Shown here piece by piece: positions 31,264-36,863 of a DNA stretch of 36,863 bases. Every line of letters begins with the position of its first letter. Within the stretch, counting starts at the first letter, position 1. Source of the DNA: a virus; IMG/VR virus record IMGVR_UViG_3300020049_006543, positions 1-36,863 of that record; one strand, written 5' to 3'. The notes beneath the pieces were generated by a model. That model was not told the origin of the DNA, did no database searches, and saw nothing but the letters and a program-made list of their open reading frames with translations. The translations under genes and the position numbers were made by a program.

Positions 31264-32534
31264 TGGCAGTAAATGAATACAAGGTTGAAGTAACGCCGCT
31301 TATACGATTCGGAACCTATGCTTCATCGGCTACAGATATATCGGAATTCGTTCAGGTAGATTTGGGCGATATATCACAGAAGGCAGACAGCGCCGACTTT
31401 GATATAGGTATCTATACTTATGGCTATGTTGACCTGAAGGCAATAAATTATAACGGCTGGTTCAGTGACGTGAATATAGGCGCAACAATATTCAAGTTCG
31501 GGCGTGATAAGGCCAAAGTAACTATTTCCTATAAGGACTTAGAAGGCAATTACAACCTTGTTTTCAAAGGCATAATCAACGACGAGTTCACGACACAGGA
31601 CTTGGACAAATCAACCGTGAAGTTCAGGATAATGAGTTATGATTCTATCTTCAGGAAGCTGGCGTGTACGGTAGGAACTATTGCTTCAGGCCAGACGGTA
31701 AAGGCGGCCTTTAAGAATCTTTTTAACAGGCCGGCGGTTACTTCGCTTCTGAATTACGATGTTGATAATATAGACCCGCTACTTGGCGACATTATCATTG
31801 ATGATGCAAGCGAACTTGTGAATATCTCATTTAAAGAATCATTGGACAAGCTGTTGGCGATTTCTTGCTCGGTTATGTTCATTGATGAAGACGACTATAT
31901 CGTAATAAGAAGCCGTGACGCAGACCCTACGCTCTCTTATGAATTTTGGAATGCCGCAGATTATCTTGGTAGAAATAACATCATAAGGATAAGCGACTAT
32001 AACACCGGCCTTCAGCGCGCCTTCAACCTGTTCGTTATAGGTAATGTTTCATCACTGAACGAGGCTTCTATTGCTGATTTCGGCTTACGCAAGAAAGAAA
32101 TTGAGAATATAGATTCAATAATCACCGATACTGAAAAACAACAGCTTATCTGCGACACATACCGCGACAGCTTTTCAATACCTAAACGAGAATTGCGCCT
32201 TACAGTAAAGACGGAAGAAGCGAAAGGCTTGAGGCTGTTCAATCTTGTGACGCTGGGCTACTCTCAAAAGGTAGTGAAAAGGCCGAATGCGCCTTACCTT
32301 TATGTTGGCGGAGTGCCTGAAGACACAGAAGATAACCTGCCTTATGTTATAGAAAGCCAGCAGGTAGAAGAAGACGCAGGCTTTAAGATAATTGAAAAAA
32401 CCATAAAACCTGATAAACTTTATACAGAATTAAAGCTCCGTGAAATAGGAACTCTGACCGGCGACAGTGTTCTTGATTTCTTGGTAATAAACGGCGAACC
32501 GGCATATATTAGAAATTCAAGGATATTATTATAA
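31263..32534 (+). CDS. Tail hub / baseplate protein (Tal-like position).
   Basis: 423 aa, second gene after the tape measure, with a TAATG overlap. Confidence 0.4.
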   Translation: MAVNEYKVEVTPLIRFGTYASSATDISEFVQVDLGDISQKADSADFDIGIYTYGYVDLKAINYNGWFSDVNIGATIFKFGRDKAKVTISYKDLEGNYNLVFKGIINDEFTTQDLDKSTVKFRIMSYDSIFRKLACTVGTIASGQTVKAAFKNLFNRPAVTSLLNYDVDNIDPLLGDIIIDDASELVNISFKESLDKLLAISCSVMFIDEDDYIVIRSRDADPTLSYEFWNAADYLGRNNIIRISDYNTGLQRAFNLFVIGNVSSLNEASIADFGLRKKEIENIDSIITDTEKQQLICDTYRDSFSIPKRELRLTVKTEEAKGLRLFNLVTLGYSQKVVKRPNAPYLYVGGVPEDTEDNLPYVIESQQVEEDAGFKIIEKTIKPDKLYTELKLREIGTLTGDSVLDFLVINGEPAYIRNSRILL

Positions 32535-33034
32535 TGTTTGATTTAAACGCACAGACACCAGTAAAGCCCGCGCAGGGCGACCTGCTGCCGATTTCTGATA
32601 GCTCCAATTCCGGCAACGGTGGTGCGGTGCAATTCAAAGAAGGCGTTGAACAAAGTTTAGGTACACTTACTTGGACAGGAACCACGCCGCCTTCAGGTTC
32701 ATTAAGTAAGCTGTATAAATGGGAGCGCGGCTTTGATAATACGGTTACTTTATGGTTCAAAATAACTTACGGCTCCGCAGGTTCAGCACTTACAGCAGTA
32801 ACATTTGACCTTCCGGCAGATTGCCCTACTCCCGAAGCTTGGAGTGATGCTTCTTCCGGTGATTCGCAATATACAGGCTCCGGCGTTCTATCAACTGCTA
32901 TTGATGCGCCAAGTACAAACCAACGCGAGTGTTTTTTAGCCAAGAACGGTTCAGACTGGCAGGTCAGTATTGTTCAGGCTTCTTCTGCTTACCAGTACGC
33001 AAGGGGAATGATAATTTATAAGGCGGCCTCATAA
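32534..33034 (+). CDS. Tail-associated protein.
   Basis: 166 aa. The N-terminus PAQGDLLPISDSSNSGNGGAVQFK resembles fibre-attachment N-termini. Overlapping start and stop. Confidence 0.45.
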   Translation: MFDLNAQTPVKPAQGDLLPISDSSNSGNGGAVQFKEGVEQSLGTLTWTGTTPPSGSLSKLYKWERGFDNTVTLWFKITYGSAGSALTAVTFDLPADCPTPEAWSDASSGDSQYTGSGVLSTAIDAPSTNQRECFLAKNGSDWQVSIVQASSAYQYARGMIIYKAAS

Positions 33035-34899
33035 TGTCAACAAACAATCTTACACAGCTTAACGCAACACCGGTTATAACGAACCAACACATTGACCAGT
33101 ATTTCAACGCTCTTGAAAATGATTTTGTGCCTCGTAATTCAGGCGCTCCGACTGCAAGCGGTGGTCGTATAGGAACGCCTACTTATCCGTGGGCTGCTGG
33201 CTACTTTTCAGGCAACGTTTATGTTGACGGTGTACCTCTGGGCGGCGGAACCGACACAGGCTTGTTCACCGATACTTCAAATTATATTCTTTCATCTTCG
33301 GTTGACGATTATAACACTCCGAACTTCATTGTTCCGAACGGCTCAAATAACACAGCAACGATTCTTGCTACAGATGTAAACCTTGAAGTGGTTATCAATG
33401 GCGCTTCTGTTATATTTGAGAACGACGTTTCATTGACCGGCTTAACCTCTGCGCCTTCTTCAAATAATACCTGCCTTGTAAATCACCCAAGTACAACAGG
33501 CGTAACACAGACAAAATACCAGCGCGATATAGCGATAGATAATATCGGAACAGAAATATCAGGGCGGAACGGCAAGGTTTGTGGATTCCTTCAGAATAGC
33601 GAATACTTCCTTGCTTATGTTGATACAACGAACGGTTATCTCAGGGTCTTAAGACGCGGTGCGTTCTTAAACAGTTCGGGCGCAGCTATAAGCCGCGCAA
33701 CTATAGCGGATAATGCCACTATAACTTTAATGTCAACGGCATGGGTCTTTGCTGAAGATACAGGAACAAGCGTTGTTGTAACTTATAATTCGCCGGTATA
33801 TTCAGGTACAGCGCCTTCTTCGCCAAGTACAGGCGATTACTGGTACGATTTAACGGAAAAAGCTTGGAAAGTTTGGTCGGGTTCAGCTTGGAGCGATGCG
33901 GATAGAACCCTTATCGGCGTGGTTCTTATTAACAGTTCCGGCGCAGCAGTTGCAGGGCTAGGCTTTAATCCGGCAGTTGATGCGGCAGATATAAACACAT
34001 TCAAACTTGCAAAACTTGATAGCTCAAAAGTAGTTTCTATCAATCCGCAAAACCATATAAGCGTTTATGGCAGCTACTTCTATTTCGGAACGCCTCTTGT
34101 TTGGGATATATCGCAGCACCTTGATACAGGCTTAACTGAGGCCGCAAGTACAATGTACTATCTATATCTGACGCACGAAGGAAAGCCGATTATATCTGAC
34201 GAGTTCCCAGAGTTCAGGCCGGAGCTTTCAGGATATTATCACCCTTATAAAACTTATAGGTGGGTCGGTTCAGTAAGGAATGATTCATCAAGTAATTTCA
34301 GGCCGGAAGTAAATAATGCTGCTACGGTCTTCGGGAGTGTTGATTTAGTAATGGATTATAAAATTATAGGAACGAATGCTGATATTCAGATTTTTGATTT
34401 CAATAATATATATGATAAATATATAGTGGAATTTATTTCTGTTGAGAATAGCACATCGCCAACATCGCCGACAATGGTAATGTCAGTTGATAACGGCACA
34501 AACTATATAACAAGCACGGATTATGAACATAATATTTTCGGCTACACTTCAGGAAGTAATACGGCAATCGCGCAAGCATCTTTTGTTTCGGGGCATACAA
34601 GCTATATAGACCTTCTTTCGGCAGTAAATTACTATTATGACGGAACCACAAACGCAGCCCTTGACCTAAAAATTGAATTATTTAATCCCGCAAATTTAAG
34701 GTATAACGTAGGCAAGCAGATGCTAATTTCCGGCGTAGCTTATAAAAACGGAGTAGGTTTATTTGGTTTTATGGGTGGCGCTACAAATTACACTAATACA
34801 AGCTTAATAAGAAATCCTGTAAATGCAGTAAAGATAGCCACAGGCGGCGGCAACTGGCTACGCGGTAGGGTAAAAGTTTACGGATATAAAAGAACTTAA
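33034..34899 (+). CDS. Tail fibre / receptor-binding protein.
   Basis: 621 aa, Gly/Ser/Thr/Asn-rich, within the tail gene string. Confidence 0.55.
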   Translation: MSTNNLTQLNATPVITNQHIDQYFNALENDFVPRNSGAPTASGGRIGTPTYPWAAGYFSGNVYVDGVPLGGGTDTGLFTDTSNYILSSSVDDYNTPNFIVPNGSNNTATILATDVNLEVVINGASVIFENDVSLTGLTSAPSSNNTCLVNHPSTTGVTQTKYQRDIAIDNIGTEISGRNGKVCGFLQNSEYFLAYVDTTNGYLRVLRRGAFLNSSGAAISRATIADNATITLMSTAWVFAEDTGTSVVVTYNSPVYSGTAPSSPSTGDYWYDLTEKAWKVWSGSAWSDADRTLIGVVLINSSGAAVAGLGFNPAVDAADINTFKLAKLDSSKVVSINPQNHISVYGSYFYFGTPLVWDISQHLDTGLTEAASTMYYLYLTHEGKPIISDEFPEFRPELSGYYHPYKTYRWVGSVRNDSSSNFRPEVNNAATVFGSVDLVMDYKIIGTNADIQIFDFNNIYDKYIVEFISVENSTSPTSPTMVMSVDNGTNYITSTDYEHNIFGYTSGSNTAIAQASFVSGHTSYIDLLSAVNYYYDGTTNAALDLKIELFNPANLRYNVGKQMLISGVAYKNGVGLFGFMGGATNYTNTSLIRNPVNAVKIATGGGNWLRGRVKVYGYKRT

Positions 34900-34910
34900 A
34901 GGAAAATGAC

Positions 34911-35285
34911 ATGGAGTTATCAAATAAACCAGTGGTGCTTGATGCAAGGGTCGTTATCGGCGACAGCTTTTATCATACTCTTACTTTCAAAAATGGCGAC
35001 GGCACTTATATAGATTTCACCGGCGCAAGCGCGAAGGCAATAGTTCGCGAAAGCCCAGATTCTACATCTACAGCAATTTTAACAATGAGTTCAGCCGGTT
35101 CACCGATTTATATAACTCTTGATGCAGCAGTTGAAAATAACTTTATCATAAATGTACCTAAAACCGTGACCGCAGACCTTACGGCGGGCGTTTATTACTG
35201 GGATATGGAAATCACCGATTCTTCAGGAAAGACCAGAACTTACTGGAAAGGAAGATTTGTTGTTGAAGAACAAATAACATTATAG
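34911..35285 (+). CDS. Small Ig-like/beta-sandwich tail protein.
   Basis: 124 aa. GDSFYHTLTFKNGDGTYIDFTGASAKAIVRE...LTAGVYYWDMEI...GRFVV is typical of BppU-type Ig-like domains. Confidence 0.45.
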   Translation: MELSNKPVVLDARVVIGDSFYHTLTFKNGDGTYIDFTGASAKAIVRESPDSTSTAILTMSSAGSPIYITLDAAVENNFIINVPKTVTADLTAGVYYWDMEITDSSGKTRTYWKGRFVVEEQITL

Positions 35286-35287
35286 GA

Positions 35288-36863
35288 ATGACAACCTTAA
35301 CAGTAAATAAATCAACGATATTGATAAGCGGAACTCTTACCGAAGAACAGATTGTGCTTCAAAGAAACAATCTGGTTATTATAGAAATAGGTAAGCAGGG
35401 TATCGCTGGTTCAGGCGGCGGCGGTAGTGGTGCGGCGGTAGATATAACTTTCACGCCCGCAGGCGATATAGAGGCAACAAACGTTCAGGCTGCCATAGAA
35501 GAACTTGATAGTGAAAAAGCAGACGCAAGCCATACTCACGACGCGGCGGATATAGTAAGCGGAACCTTTGATGATGCAAGAGTTTCAGAATCTTCGGTAA
35601 CTCAGCACGAAGCAGCACTTTCTATTGCGAGTTCGCAAATAACAGGAACAAAGACAAGTTCTTATATATCAGATTTTGATACGGCGGCAGATGCCAGAGT
35701 TACAGCCGGAATAGCTACGCACGTTGCAGCGCCAGACCCACACACTCAGTATCAGTTAGAGAGTGAAAAGGCGCAGGCCAACGGCTATGCAAGCCTTGAT
35801 TCCGGCGGCAAGGTTCCTACTTCGCAGCTACCTGATTCAATACTCGGTCAGCTTTATTATCAAGGCGTTTGGAATGCTACAACAAATTCGCCTGCGCTTT
35901 CCGATTCCGGCGGCGGCGGTTCGCAAGGTGATTATTATATTGTGAGCGTTGCAGGCTCAACTTCTATTGATAGTATTACAGACTGGAAGGTCGGCGACTG
36001 GATAGTTAATAATGGCAGCACTTGGGACAAGGTAGATAATACCGACGCGGTAAGCTCAGTATTTGGACGCACAGGCGCAATTCTCGCAAATGCAGGTGAT
36101 TATAACACTTCGCAGGTAACAGAAAATCCTTCTTATCTGTACTTCACAGATGCCAGAGCTATTTCTGCGCTTACAGGCCAAAATATTTCTTTATTTACGA
36201 ATGATGCGGGATATTTATATGAGGTAGATACTGTTGATATACTTGCCAATGCTGTGAATAATACCAAGCTTGCCGATATGGCAGAAGGTACAATCAAAGG
36301 CAGGCAAGAGGGCGTCGGCACAGGAAACCCTGAAGATTTAGGTATTAGTCCCATTTTTACTTTAACTTCATCTCAGCTTGCAATTGCAGACGGAAGTCAC
36401 GGTGATATAAGCACAGACCATGCTGGTACAAACTGGACTATTAATGCTGGTGCGGTAAAAGCTTCCATGCTTGCCGATGATGATTTCGGGGACTTTACTG
36501 TATCTTCAGGCGTTGCAACTATTGATGCTGGGGCAGTAAACACTACAAAACTTGGTGGCGATATAACTACTGCTGGTAAGGCACTACTTGATGATGCAAA
36601 CGCAGCAGCACAACGTACAACTCTTTCAGCAGCCGCACAATCGCAAACTACACTTCCTTCCAATTTTGTATTCAATGGTACAGTTACAGACGGAACATAT
36701 CAGGTTGTTATAAATGTTCCAAAAGCAATTACCATAACAAAGGTAACTTCCAAATGTACTTCGGGAACTGCAACGGCAACATTTAAAATTAATACTACAG
36801 CGCTAGGCGGAACGGCGAACTCGGTTTCAAGTTCCGAACAATCACAAACCCATTCTTCAGCTA
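35288..36863 (+). CDS. Tail fibre protein, N-terminal 525 codons. It runs off the window and continues at 1..222, for about 558 aa in total.
   Basis: I translated this frame codon by codon and found no stop to the window end. Fibre motifs: HTHDAADIVSGTFDDARV, GVWNATTNSPALSDSGGGGSQGDYYIVSVAG...WKVGDWIV, and NPSYLYFTDARA. It is missing from the ORF track because no stop lies in the window. Confidence 0.8.
   Translation, partial: MTTLTVNKSTILISGTLTEEQIVLQRNNLVIIEIGKQGIAGSGGGGSGAAVDITFTPAGDIEATNVQAAIEELDSEKADASHTHDAADIVSGTFDDARVSESSVTQHEAALSIASSQITGTKTSSYISDFDTAADARVTAGIATHVAAPDPHTQYQLESEKAQANGYASLDSGGKVPTSQLPDSILGQLYYQGVWNATTNSPALSDSGGGGSQGDYYIVSVAGSTSIDSITDWKVGDWIVNNGSTWDKVDNTDAVSSVFGRTGAILANAGDYNTSQVTENPSYLYFTDARAISALTGQNISLFTNDAGYLYEVDTVDILANAVNNTKLADMAEGTIKGRQEGVGTGNPEDLGISPIFTLTSSQLAIADGSHGDISTDHAGTNWTINAGAVKASMLADDDFGDFTVSSGVATIDAGAVNTTKLGGDITTAGKALLDDANAAAQRTTLSAAAQSQTTLPSNFVFNGTVTDGTYQVVINVPKAITITKVTSKCTSGTATATFKINTTALGGTANSVSSSEQSQTHSSA
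36743..36863. repeat. Second copy of the 121-bp terminal overlap.
   Basis: Identical to 1-121 by direct comparison. Confidence 0.9.

Noticed and set aside
33034-36863. Diversity-generating retroelement or invertible (shufflon-type) host-range switch in the fibre genes.
   Set aside because: No reverse transcriptase or site-specific recombinase ORF exists anywhere in the genome. I saw no template/variable repeat pair and no flanking inverted repeats.
1-36863. tRNA genes, CRISPR arrays and alternative genetic code.
   Set aside because: I saw no cloverleaf-like T-arm or anticodon-arm sequences in the intergenic gaps and no regularly spaced repeat-spacer array. Long uninterrupted ORFs with standard stops fit code 11.

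Overview
The window is a complete, circularly closed genome of a tailed dsDNA phage. Bases 1-121 are identical to 36743-36863, so the unique length is about 36,742 bp. The architecture is siphovirus-like with an HK97-type head module. I found no tRNA, rRNA, CRISPR array, integrase, reverse transcriptase, transposase, DNA polymerase or helicase.

Layout:
- 35288..end, wrapping to 1..1577: tail fibre, LamG lectin-like protein and small tail-associated ORFs.
- 1581-2840: lysis cassette (membrane-anchored coiled-coil protein, 3-TM holin-like protein, GH24 endolysin).
- 5191 down to 2815, minus strand: leftward early arm (Gp157-like, RecT/Bet, an intrinsic terminator, then two AT-rich membrane-protein genes).
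- 5287-18093, plus strand: rightward early and accessory genes. These include a DUF1064 nuclease-like protein, a wHTH initiator-like protein with internal iteron-like repeats, a DUF2303-like protein, an XRE HTH protein, an SprT-like protease, SSB, an orphan acyl carrier protein, a ParB-like nuclease, a 507-aa modular repeat protein, an ASCH-like protein, a Lar-like protein and an array of tiny Cys-rich ORFs.
- 18156-35285: packaging, head and tail genes (TerS, TerL, HK97-type portal, Mu-F/SPP1-gp7-like, prohead protease, major capsid, connector proteins, major tail, tail chaperone with a -1 frameshift, tape measure, distal tail and fibre proteins).

Most notable observations:
- The orphan ACP.
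- The 507-aa repeat protein.
- A conserved intergenic motif present in 5-6 copies.
- Near-identical translation-initiation cassettes and duplication footprints around small accessory genes.
- An ori-lambda-like iteron/AT block inside the initiator gene.
- A structured RNA leader.
- An A9 slippery site that gives access to a start-less 107-codon frame.
- Several ORFs missing from the supplied track: the wrapped tail-fibre gene and the sub-60-aa ORFs.

All family assignments come from motif recognition by eye. No database search was run.
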